Below are positions 1-11,560 of a stretch of DNA of 64,000 bases, piece after piece. Each line of letters begins with the position of its first letter. Positions within the stretch are counted from its first letter, which is position 1. A model generated the notes under the pieces. The model was not told where the DNA came from. It did not search any database and saw nothing but the letters and a program-made list of their open reading frames with translations. The stretch is taken from NCBI GenBank assembly GCA_000004695.1, contig CM000153.2:4512001-4576000 (forward strand), in the 5' to 3' direction. The stretch comes from Dictyostelium discoideum. Its lineage: Eukaryota. Both the position numbers and the translations under genes were made by a program.

Positions 1-608
1 TTCAATTTCCAACTGTTTAAAGTAATTTTTAATACCACCCAATTGGACACTACCATTACCAACATTATCTACCAAATAACATTTTTCAACTTTACCTTTT
101 ATTGTGTAAACCTTAATTTTTATATGCTTTTTATAAATTTCACCATTATCATAATTTAAATCTTGATTTAATGTTGATGTTGTTGTTGTTGTAGTTGTAG
201 TTGTAGTTGTTGCTGATGATGAATTTTCTGCAGTAATAATCATTGGTATTGGTTTTGATGGTGATGATATTTGAATATTTTCTTTAATTTCTTCTTCTCC
301 TTTATTCTCTTTTATTTCTTCTTTATCAATTTGATTAGTTTCTTTAATTTGTTCTTTGTTTTCCTCTATGCTATCTTCCTTTGTATGTTGTGCCGTATCA
401 TTTTTAATTGGTTGAGGGTTTGTATCAATACAGTCATTAATATCACCTTCGTCATCATCTTCTTCATCGTCATCTTTTGATTTTATAATTGCTAATTGTA
501 AACTATGAGAACGTGATGATGATCCTCTTTTAAAATATGAGTCATGATCGCTATCAATATTTGAAAAATCTTGTGTTGTTGTTGTTTCATTATTATAGTT
601 ATTATTAC

Positions 609-702
<94 letters not shown>

Positions 703-885
703 TATTTCATCAGCACCATCATCAATGATTGGATTTGTTTTATTTACAATGACAATTAAACAAGACTCGCTGGATGATCCTAAAAAGAATGTGTTTTTTG
801 TAATATCAACTGACCCAATTCCATCATTCCCATCACTTTCTTTATTTGGTAAAATTATAATTTCACCTAAAAATGATGATGTCAT
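1..885 (-). CDS. Hypothetical Asn/Thr/acidic-rich protein, N-terminal part only (the CDS runs off the window start)
   Basis: The reverse complement from an ATG at 885..883 reads MTSSFLGEIIILPNKESDGNDGIGSVDITKNTFFLGSSSESCLIVIVNKTNPIIDDGADEINNNN... and stays open to position 1. I checked codon by codon through about 480, including the (ATT)33 tract at 601-700, which reads poly-N. The ORF track misses it because it has no stop inside the window. I recognise no conserved domain. Confidence 0.5.
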
Positions 886-1272
886 TTTTTTTTCTTTTTT
901 TTTTTTTTTTTATAAATAAATAAAGTGATAAAAAAAAAAAAAGAAAAAAAAAAAAAATAAAAAGAAATAATTGAAAAAATATAAAAAAAAAAATAAATGA
1001 AAGTGTATGAGTATTTGCAAAATAAAAAAAAAAAAAAATTAATTTTTGGGCGCAAAAAAAAAAAAAAAAAAAATAAAAAAAAAAAAAATTAAAATTAAAA
1101 ATTAATAAAATTAAATTAAAGTTCGATTTCCTAAATGGGATCGATATTTGCAATCAAATCTTATATAGTTATTTTTATTTTTTTATTTTTATTTTTTATT
1201 TATAATTTTTACATTTTTGTTTTTTTCTATTTTTATTTTTTTTTTATTTTTTTTTTGTCCCAAAATGATACT

Positions 1273-1568
1273 TTAAGAAGATTTTACTTGAATTGGATTA
1301 ATTTGGGAATATAATAAATTTGAAGCGTCAATACCTTTTAAAAATTCGACTATTTTTAGAGCAAATGGAATAGTGACACCAGCTGAAGAAGCAGTGATAA
1401 TATTTCCATCAACCACTATTGTCTGATCTAATAATTCAATTGAATCTTGCATAAATTGATTACAACCTGGAAAATGAGTTACTTTTCTACCTTTTAATAA
1501 ACCACATTTACCAAAAATTTGTGGTGCTGCACAAATTGCTGCTAAAAATCTGTTATTATTATTTTCAA

Positions 1569-1638
<70 letters not shown>

Positions 1639-1947
1639 TATTTCATTTGAATATAATAAACCAAATCTTTTAATGGCATCAATTAATTTTTGATTTGTTA
1701 ATTGTTGAACGATTCCAGGACCACCTGGAATAATTATTCCATTATAATTTGAGAGTGTTTCAATGAAATCTTGAAATTTATATTCTGTTACTAATTCAAT
1801 ATAATGTGAACCTTTAATTGATTTCTTATCATTATCAATTGAAATTAAGTCAACTCTAATATTAGCTCTTCTTAAAAGATCAAGAGTTGTTACACATTCA
1901 ATCTCTTCGAAACCATCAAAAATTATCATTGCAACCTGAATCGCCAT
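1273..1947 (-). CDS. DJ-1/PfpI (ThiJ) family protein (class I glutamine amidotransferase-like fold); single exon, 224 aa
   Basis: A complete ATG-to-stop ORF. The N-terminus MAIQVAMIIFDGFEEIE aligns with the DJ-1 MASKRALVILAKGAEEME. The nucleophile-elbow motif AAICAAPQ matches DJ-1 AAICAGP, followed by HFPGC. A 27-residue poly-Asn insert, encoded by (ATT)n at about 1569-1640, sits inside the fold. Confidence 0.85.
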
Positions 1948-2465
1948 TTTTTTTTTTTTTTTACTGTTTTTTTTTTTTTTTTTACTGTTTTTTTGAACAA
2001 CAAAATATTATTATGGAGACTGTTTTTTTTTTTTTTTTTTTTTTTATTTTTTTTATTTTTTTATTTTTATTTTTATTTTATGGTAACACACAACACCCAA
2101 GAGTCTGAAATTTAAAAAAAGAAAAAAAAAGAAAAAAAAAAAAAATAATAATAATATTAATAAAATTATTATTAAAAAAAAAAAAAATGTTTTTAAAAAG
2201 TAATTTTTTTTAAAATCTTCATTTTATTGTATTTTTTTTATTAACCGCCAGGAATTAATCTTAAAGATCTGCTAAATCTATTGCATTTTAACAAATTTAA
2301 AATGATTGGGGTATTTTTTTTTTTTTTTGGGATTTTTTAAATTTTTTTTTTTTTTTTTTTGTTACAAACCTGAAAAAAAAAAAAGGGTTTTATTTCCCTT
2401 TTCCACCTCTTTTTTTTACACAAGATTGAGTGATAAAGCAATGAAATCAAAATTTTTTTTTTTGC

Positions 2466-2508
<43 letters not shown>

Positions 2509-2561
2509 AAAAAACAAATGTAAGTGCGAGTTTACACAAATACAATCTTTTATTATTTACA

Positions 2562-2606
<45 letters not shown>

Positions 2607-2744
2607 CCTGGAACTTCTGGTTATTTTGTTGGGAAGTGGTGTTTTAAAAAAATAAATATAAGAAAAAGGAAAAAAAAATAAAATAAAAAAAAAAAAATAA
2701 TAAAAAAAAAAAACAATTGGATCGTTGGGAGGAAAACTCTTTTC

Positions 2745-4077
2745 TTATAAAATTGATTGATTGAAATCTTTGAAATAAGGATGCTTCATTGCCTCCTTTG
2801 CAGTTAATCTTTCTGTTGGATCATAACGTAATAATTTATCTAAAAAGTCAATTGCATCAGGTTGCGCAATATCATCATTTTCATATGGTATAAATCTTTC
2901 CCAATTACTTTTTTGTCGTCTATATATATATATATATATATTTAATATAAAAAAAAAAAAAAAGAAAAAAAGAAAAAGTTAATAATGATAATGATAATTG
3001 AATATTATCATTATTATTATTTTAATAAATACATACGGTTTAATTAAAGAGGATTGTTCATCAGTTAAAGATAAACCAAATTTATCCAAAAAGTTAAATA
3101 AATCATCAGTACCTAAAACTTTAACAATTTTTAATAATTGATCATTATTATTATCACCATTAAAGAAAGGATCTCTATCTAAAATCAAACCAGCGAATAA
3201 ACAACCCAATGACCACATATCTAAACTATAATCATAGTCAAACATATTCACCAATAATTCGGGTGGTTTATAATGTCTAGAGGCAACTCTAACATTATAA
3301 TTCTTACCTGGATGATAATATTCCGCTAATCCCCAATCAATTAATGATAATTTCCTCTTTGAATGATCAATTGCAATATTTAATGGTTTTATATCTCTAT
3401 GTATTATACCTTTTGAATGTGTGTAATCAATTGCCTAATAATAAAAAATAAAAATAATAATAATTAATAACCACCAATATAAATATAAATTATTTAATAA
3501 TAATAAAATTAATGATAATACTTACTTTTAATAATTCAAAAATATAATATCTAATATCATAATCATCCAATGTATAAACTAATTCTCTAATGTCAGTTTT
3601 ATTTACAAATGGGAAAACTAGACTACAAACTTTTGAAGATTGATCTTTAACTGAATCCAATAGTGGTATAATGTTTGGACCACCATTTAAACTCTCCAAT
3701 ATTTTAATTTCTCTTTGAATCTTTAATTTTTGAACTGGTTTCAAAACTTTGATTACAACTTCATCAGAGGTCTCTATATCGATACCACTAAAAACTTCAC
3801 TATATTTACCACGACCAATCTTTTGAATCACTTCATATCTATCTACATTCTTCCAATTGATACGATAACCTTCATAATCGTAATATGATTTTGGTTGATT
3901 TTCATTAACATCTCTATAAACTTTTGAAATATTTCTTAAAATTCTACCTTCCATCATATCTTCTTCAATAATTAAACCATTACCATTTTGTTGTTGTTGT
4001 TGTAACTGTTGTTGTTGTTGTAATTCTAATTGTTTTTTCTTTTCAGTTTCTTCTTGTTCTTTTCTTTGTTTTTCAAG

Positions 4078-4140
<63 letters not shown>

Positions 4141-4524
4141 TAGTAATTGCTGTTGTTGTTGTTGTAATTGTTGTTGTTGTTGAATTTGTTGTTTATTTAA
4201 AGAATGTGAAGGATTTGCATTCATAAATTCATTGATATCCTTTTCGATATCGGTTAGAGCTTGTGAACCACTTCCCATACTACCACCTAATCCACTACTA
4301 ACTGATTGGTGTAACTCTGATGTATCATATGATGAGGATTGAGTATGATGTCTTTTATTACATTTTGTGCAATCATCATTATCACTGCTATTTTTATTAT
4401 TAGATTTACCTCTTCGATTTCTAAAGTTACTATGGTGATGATGTTGTTTATTTTTAATATTACTTTTATTATCGCTATTATTATTGCTACTATTATTATT
4501 ACAATTTTCAGTTAATTTTGAATC

Positions 4525-4605
<81 letters not shown>

Positions 4606-4770
4606 TGAAGAATTTGAGGATAGTGATCCTCCCATATATAAATATCCAATTATTGGTGCGAATAAACATGGACTTGAATAGGGTGAGTATGGATTTATAT
4701 ACCCACATGATATAACATATAAAATACAAAGTAAATAAAGTAAAAAGAAAATTTGGTAATATTTCCCCAT
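2745..4770 (-). CDS. Casein kinase II alpha-like Ser/Thr protein kinase, 3 exons, with a long low-complexity N-terminal extension
   Basis: Exons on the minus strand are approx 4770..3526, 3434..3037 and 2919..2745. The donors are GTAAGT (AAA|gtaagt) and GTATGT (CC|gtatgt), the acceptors are tattag| and tatatag|, and the phases are consistent (1245+398+175 nt = 605 aa). The kinase domain matches CK2-alpha closely: [89 protein letters not shown] and the C-terminal [24 protein letters not shown]. About 290 residues precede the domain: a hydrophobic signal-like segment ([23 protein letters not shown]), poly-N, HHHH and poly-Q. Confidence 0.85.
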
Positions 4771-4795
4771 TATTTAAATTATACAATCTTTTTTA

Positions 4796-4935
<140 letters not shown>

Positions 4936-6405
4936 TTTTTGTTGTTGTTGTTGTTGTTTAAATGTATACTACTAATAAAATTTTTTTTTTTTTTTTTTAA
5001 TTCTTTTTAATTGAAACTATTATGAGAAATTTTAATAAAAAAAAAAAATTTCGTTGATAAATAATAAAATACTATTATTACTATTACTATTTCTATTATT
5101 TATTTATAATTAAATATTATTATTATTATTATTATTACAATTATTATTATTATTATTTTATTTTTATTTTAATTTTATTTTAATTTTATTTTAATTTTTT
5201 ATTTTTATTTTATTTTTATTTGGTATTTATTATAAAACTGTTATTATATCTGTTATCTAAAAATACAAATATTGGTATTAATATTAAATTTTTTTTTTTT
5301 TTTTTTTATGGTTTGTGTGTTTTATTAATATTAAGTTTTTTTTTTTTTTTTTATGGTTTGTGTGTTTTATTTTCTTTTAAAAAAGATCCTTTTTTTTTAA
5401 AAAAAAAAAAAAAAAAAATCAAATACAAAATATATTTATATATACACTTCATATTTATTATAGCAAATATTATTTAAAATAAAAAATATAAAAAAATATA
5501 AAAAAAGTTTATTCTTTTATACTTACAATATAATAATTGAGATATAAATTATATCAAATTTTTTGTATTTTAAATGTTTTTGAAGAGTGTTTTCAACAAC
5601 TAATTTTTTGAAAAAAAAAATAAAAAAAAAAAAATAAAAATAAAAATAAAAAAAAAAAATATAAAAAAAATAAAAAAATAAAAAAAAAAAAAGAAATTTC
5701 GTTTTGCCAACAATTGAAAACTTTTTAGATATTTATAACGACAAAATGTCCCATTAGACCCCATTTTTTTTTAATTAATTTTTTTATTTTTTTTTTTTTT
5801 TTATTGTAATGGATAAAAAAAAAAAAAAAAAAAAAAAAAAGATATTTGTAAATTTTTTTTTTTTTAATAGGAAAGATGTTGTGTTTATTTAAATATTTAA
5901 TAATTTTTTTAACTATTAATAAAGTTTAAAGAAATCATCACTTTTTTTTATTTTTTTTTATTTTTTTTTTTTTATTGTTTTTATTATTATATTTTTTTTA
6001 TTATTTTTATTTTAGTTTTTATTTTTTTTATTGATTAGTTCCCCCACCCAATATTTGGATTTTTTTTTTTTTTTTTTTCTTTAAAAAAAAAAAAAAAACT
6101 TTAATTTTGAAAAATTATTTTTTTTGGAAATTCCTAAAGAAACCCTTGTAAATTTTTTTATTTTTTTTTTTTTTTTTTTTTATTTTTTTTTATTTTTTGA
6201 ATATCCTAGTTTTTTTTTTTGTTTTGTTTTATAAATTTAATAAAAGGGTTAATTTTTGTATATTTAATAGAAATGAAATACAAATTTCATATGCAATTTT
6301 TTTTTTTTTAAAATTTTTTTTTTTTTTTTTATTTTTTTTTATATTTTTCTTTTTTATTTTTTTTTTTTTTTATTTTTTTATTTTCCCAACCTACGACAAA
6401 CGATT

Positions 6406-7368
6406 GTGGAAAAAAAAAAAAAAAAAAAAATGAATCATTTAAATAAATTATCAAAATCAAGTGGTTTATTAAATCATAATAGATCATTATTTTCATCATC
6501 AAATATTAGACAAATCTTATATACCAACAACAACAACAATAATAATAATAATAATAATAATAAAAATTCAATCAACATTAATACAACATTATTCAACAAT
6601 GTTTTAAATAATCAAAAACAATTAATTAGAGGATTTATTAAAAATAGAAGAATTAAGCAATCTTTTTTTGCACAATCAACAGGACAAATCTTTAATCAAG
6701 ATGTTTTACCAGGTTTTTTAACAATTTTAAGCTCACCATTAAAATGGTTCGAATATGCTAAATTCATTTATAGAAATATTACTTCAAATGCTTTAATTAA
6801 ATCAAAATTAAAAAATTTAGATAAAATTCATTATTCAAAAAAAAAGTAATCATTATTATTATATAAATTTATTATTATTTTGTGATTATTAATTCTGATT
6901 TTATTTTTATTTTTATTTTTTATTTTTTTTTGAAAAAAAACCAGATTTTTAGCAGAAGCAGAAGAAATGTTTAATGAATTAGGCAAAGCAGTTGCAGAAG
7001 GTAATAAAAATGATATTAATGATATTTCAACAATTCAATTCTCATCAGTAGTTTTTAAAAATACAGGTATTAATGATACAAATATTAAAAACTATAAAAC
7101 TGAATGGAATGGTAAAATAAATTCAAAAAAGATGATATGGTCAAGAGCTGGTCAAATTAAACTCACACATTCTGAAACAAGCTTTTTCGCTCAAAATTGT
7201 GTTGAATTCACTGGTACTCAATCAATCATTGTAAAGGATAAAAATGATAAAGTAATCTCTTCAATTGAAGATCAACCATTTAAATCTGAATATGTTTTTG
7301 AACGTAATGTTTCTTCTTTACCATCACAATGGAGAATTGCAAGTTCAACTGAATTCCCAATTAAATAA
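6406..7368 (+). CDS. Tim44-like domain protein (mitochondrial ribosomal protein L45 / Mba1-like), probable 2 exons
   Basis: Exon 1 is 6406..6845. Its N-terminus MNHLNKLSKSSGLLNHNRSLFSSSNIRQ looks like a mitochondrial presequence. The donor GTAATC lies at 6846-6847. An acceptor ccag| at 6943-6944 gives exon 2 as 6945..7368 in phase, with no stop across the junction. The exon-2 peptide (...SIIVKDKNDKVISSIEDQPFKSEYVFERNVSSLPSQWRIAS) fits the Tim44-like C-terminal pattern (...vWtFeR...WRl). The acceptor is unconventional because an A-run precedes it, and the family assignment comes from memory of the fold motif. Confidence 0.5.
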
Positions 7369-7413
7369 ATTCGATTTTTTTTAATCAATTATTTTTTACT
7401 ATTAAAATTAATT

Positions 7414-7444
<31 letters not shown>

Positions 7445-8214
7445 TTTTATTATTAGCATTTTTTTTGGATGCATTTAAATGAATTCAATTATTGTGAAAT
7501 CCTGTGAAATTTGTAAAAAAATTACCAAATAATTTTTATATAAAATGTTAATAGATTGTAAAAAAATTCTTTAAAAATTAAAATTATTAGTTTGTAATGA
7601 TAATATTGATCAAATTTGACTTGATTTTACAATAATTGAAAATATAAAAAATGAATGTTATTTTGAAATATAGTCAAATTAATATGGGTAAAATAAAAAT
7701 CAGACTACCTATTATTTGTGAATCGAAATAAATATAAAGAATAAAAAACAAGAACAAAATTAGATTAAACATTATTACTATCTTTTTTTAAAATGTTATT
7801 GTACTGGATTTTACAATATATATATGTATATATATTTTTATTTTTTTTTATTGACAGTTCCAAGTCTGTTTCAATCCAGACATTTTTGGCAATAGTCAAG
7901 AAGTTATGAAAATTCTCCCATGATCCTTTAACCTTTTGTGGTTGGTGTTGGTTTTGAAGTTAATAGAGAGGGGAGACTTTAAAGATGGTGCTTTGATTGT
8001 AAGCTAAATTAAATTAAATCGTTAAGAACGCCTTTTTCAAAATTGAAATCTAACATCTTTGGCATCTTCCAAAACGGAGAATCCAAATTTTTTTTTTTTT
8101 TTAAAAAAATGTTTTTCTATTATTGCTTCTGTGTAATAACTACTAATAATAAATTAATGGTTTTTACAATCCAATTTTATTTGTATAAATAAAAAATAAA
8201 CAAAAAATAAATAA

Positions 8215-8265
<51 letters not shown>

Positions 8266-8435
8266 TTTTTTTATACCCATATTTAAAAATTTTTTTAAAA
8301 AAAATTTTTTTTAATAAAAGGAATTTTTTAACATATAAACAATGAAATATTTTGGAATTATATAGAGAATCGTAAAGGTTTTTTTTTTTTTTTTTTTTTG
8401 TAGTTTTTTTTTTTTTTTTTGTTGTTTTTTTTTTT

Positions 8436-8952
8436 TTAGAATGGTATAAATTCAGAATTTGAAGAACCACCAAAGGAATTAAATGAATCATTGTCAAAAG
8501 AGTTATTTGAAAAGAATGGATATGGGTCACCATTATTTGAATGTGAAGACATGAAAGGATTATTTGGTATAGTACTATTGTTATTATTATTATTATTATT
8601 GTTGTTATTATTATTAGTACTATTATTATTATTGCTGTTATTATTATTGTTATTGTTATTATTATTATTATTATTATTATTGTTATTATTATTATTACTA
8701 TTTTGAATTTGGGTAGAAGAATTTGATAAACGAGGAGGTGAATTTGGTAATGGTGCGACAGCAGTACCTAATTGTCCACCAACACCTTCAGTTATAAAAA
8801 GGTCCAATAATTCACTTAATGTTTCAGAATCTCTACTTGAAGCGTTACGAAATACTCTCCTAACTTTTTCTGCTCTTTGTCTTGGATCTAATTGTGTATA
8901 TGCGTTCATCATTTGTTTAAAACTATCTTCAAATCCACTAATATTATTATTA

Positions 8953-8984
<32 letters not shown>

Positions 8985-10001
8985 TATATTACAGTTATTA
9001 TTGTTACTAGTACTAGTATTACTATTATTATTATTATTATTATTGTTATTATTTAACGTATTTGATGAAGAATTTAAATTATTTGATGATGTATTATTTA
9101 AAGTTGAAGTTAATAAATGAGAATTTACAAGGGTTGGTGATGAAGATGGTGAAGATGAAGGTGAAGATGAAGTTGAAGAAGGTGGTGAAGGTAAATTAAT
9201 TGCAGAGGAAGAGGTTATATTATTTGAAGAGGTAGTGGTTGTGGTGGTTGTAGTGTTGTTATTGTTGGTGGTGGAGGTACTACCACTTAAACCTGCTTGT
9301 TGTTGTAAAAGTTTTTCAATTAATTTTTGTTGTTCATGTTGTTGATGTTGAATTTTTGAGACGGATTCCAATAGGATATCATTCCAAGTACGCTTTTTAG
9401 GAGGTTGCTTTTTTTTTAATTGTTCAGGTTTTGAGATGACTTTAATAGAGTGAGTTAATGCGTAGAGTCCTTTGATGGGTTCTTTGGAGATTGGGTCTTG
9501 TCCTTCGATTTTCACACGAAAGAACATATCTTCGTGTTGTGAAGTTAATACTTTAATACGTAATTCAATGTTTACCAATTCACCAGTCTCATTGGGTGAT
9601 GCTTTATGTTCGACCGGTTTCACTTTAACGAAATCTACTTCCTTCTCTTCATTGGTATCACAATCATAGAGTAATGTCGATTCAAATGCAACACAATTCA
9701 AATCGATTTCATTTGCTTTCTTTAATCTTAATTGAACATTGAATGGACTATTCTTTATAACCACTTTAATATTCTTTTGTAAACCATTTAATGTTACTTT
9801 CTCTTCAAATGGTGATGATTGTGATGCTAATTCTAATCTTTCTTCATGTGTTGATAATTGAATTTGCATTTGTTGTGGTTGTTGTTGTTGTTGTTGTTGC
9901 TGTTGCTGTTGCATTTGTTGTTGTTGCTGCTGCTGCATTTGATGCTGCATTTGTTGAAACTGTGGTATGTATTGAATTTGCTGGTCAAAATTATTAATCA
10001 T
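8436..10001 (-). CDS. Q/N-rich nuclear-factor-like protein, paralog 1 (possibly CudA-family putative transcription factor), 521 aa
   Basis: A complete ATG(10001)-to-stop ORF with a good start context, aaagaATGa. It has an N-terminal poly-Q and a central conserved block, IKVVIKNSPFNVQLRLKK...LLYDCDTNEEKEVDFVKV...SQHEDMFFRVKIEG...LYALTHSIKVISKPEQLKKKQPPKKRTWNDILLE. Long S/T/N tracts follow, then a C-terminal block FKQMMNAYTQLDPRQRAEKVRRVFRNASSRDSETLSELLDLFITEGVGG. It is clearly paralogous to 14380-16203. I have not verified the CudA-family name. Confidence 0.7.
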
Positions 10002-10040
10002 TCTTTTGAAAATGCTATATTTTAATTATTATTATTATTA

Positions 10041-10072
<32 letters not shown>

Positions 10073-10865
10073 ATTAAGTTAATAATTTAAAAAAAATGTT
10101 ATTGAATAATTAGGAGAAGTAGCTTCTCTATTGGTTGGAATTATTGAAAAAACACACAAAAAATTAAAAAAAAAACCAACTCAATTTTTAAAGAGATTTT
10201 AAGTGTGTGTGTGTGTGTGTTTTTTTTGCTTTTTTTATTTGAACAAAAATGGATTATTATTTTTATGTGAGGGGAGGGGTATTTGGTTGAATGATGCTTA
10301 TATATAAGAGAAAAAAAAAAATAAAATAAAAAATAAAAAAAAATAAACAATTAACCAAATAATTGTTAATGATTTGAAAAAAAAAAAAAAAAAACCTAAA
10401 AATACACACCAATAAGGCTTTCACCAATTATTTAAAATTTTTTTATTTATATATATTTTATTTTATTTTTATTTTATTTTTATTTTTTTTCTTTATATAA
10501 TTATTTATTTATGTGTATTTTATGAAATGATGTGGAAGGGAAATTATTAAAAAAAAAAAAAAAAAAAAAAAAAATTCAAAAAAATCAAAAAAAAATCACA
10601 ATTTTTTTTTATTTTTATTTTTTTATTATGGTTTTTTTTTTTTTTTTTTTTTTTTGGGGAAAAAAAATCGACTCTTACAAAAAAACGTTTACAAAAAATT
10701 TTTTGGGGGGAAAAAAAAAAATTAAAAATTAAAAATAAAAAAAAAAAAAAAAATAAAAATAAAAATAAAAAAAAAAAAAAAAAAAAAAAAAAAATAAAAA
10801 ATAAAAAAAATGGAAAATCTGTTTTCTTAATAAACAAGACAACAATGCTGTGACTGAATTCGTTT

Positions 10866-10910
<45 letters not shown>

Positions 10911-11202
10911 ATTCCCAAATTTTTTTAATGGTTTACTTTTCTAATTTTAGATTGTACAAAAGAGAAAAAAAAAAGTGTAGTGCGATGGCAATGGTCAAAA
11001 AAATAAAATAAAATAAAACGAAATAAAATAAAATAAAATAAAATAAAATAAAATCAAAATTAAAAATAAACTAATTTATGGTTGTATGAAAATTAATTTT
11101 CAAATAAATGAAGGACAAACCATACCCACAAATCTATAAAATAAAATAAAATAAAATAAAATAAAATAAAATAAAATAAAAAACCGTTTACATTATTGAT
11201 CT

Positions 11203-11241
<39 letters not shown>

Positions 11242-11282
11242 TACATACAAATCTAGATTATTATCAATTTTTGTTATTCTAT

Positions 11283-11327
<45 letters not shown>

Positions 11328-11375
11328 TTTTTATTATTATTATTATTTTTATTATTATTATTATTTATAATTATA

Positions 11376-11482
11376 TTATTTGTTTTTATCATTAAAAGTT
11401 AATGATTTTAATTTTGAACGAATATTATTTAAATGAGAATTATAAATTTCAAATAATTTTTTTTCGGATTTAGTTTTTTTAA

Positions 11483-11560
<78 letters not shown>

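Noticed and set aside
271-919. Plus-strand ORFs 271..480, 537..728, 571..759 and 725..919 (poly-F/Y/I peptides)
   Set aside because: They are antisense or out-of-frame readings of the minus-strand gene 1-885 and its (ATT)n tract. They have extreme F/Y/I composition and no start context.
8177-8706. ORFs 8177..8533 (-) and 8491..8706 (+)
   Set aside because: They are homopolymer and (TTA)n artefacts overlapping the 3' end of the 8436-10001 gene, with K/F/L-only composition.
10141-10918. ORFs 10141..10350, 10532..10732 and 10547..10918
   Set aside because: They are poly-F/poly-K translations of A/T homopolymer runs in the intergenic region.
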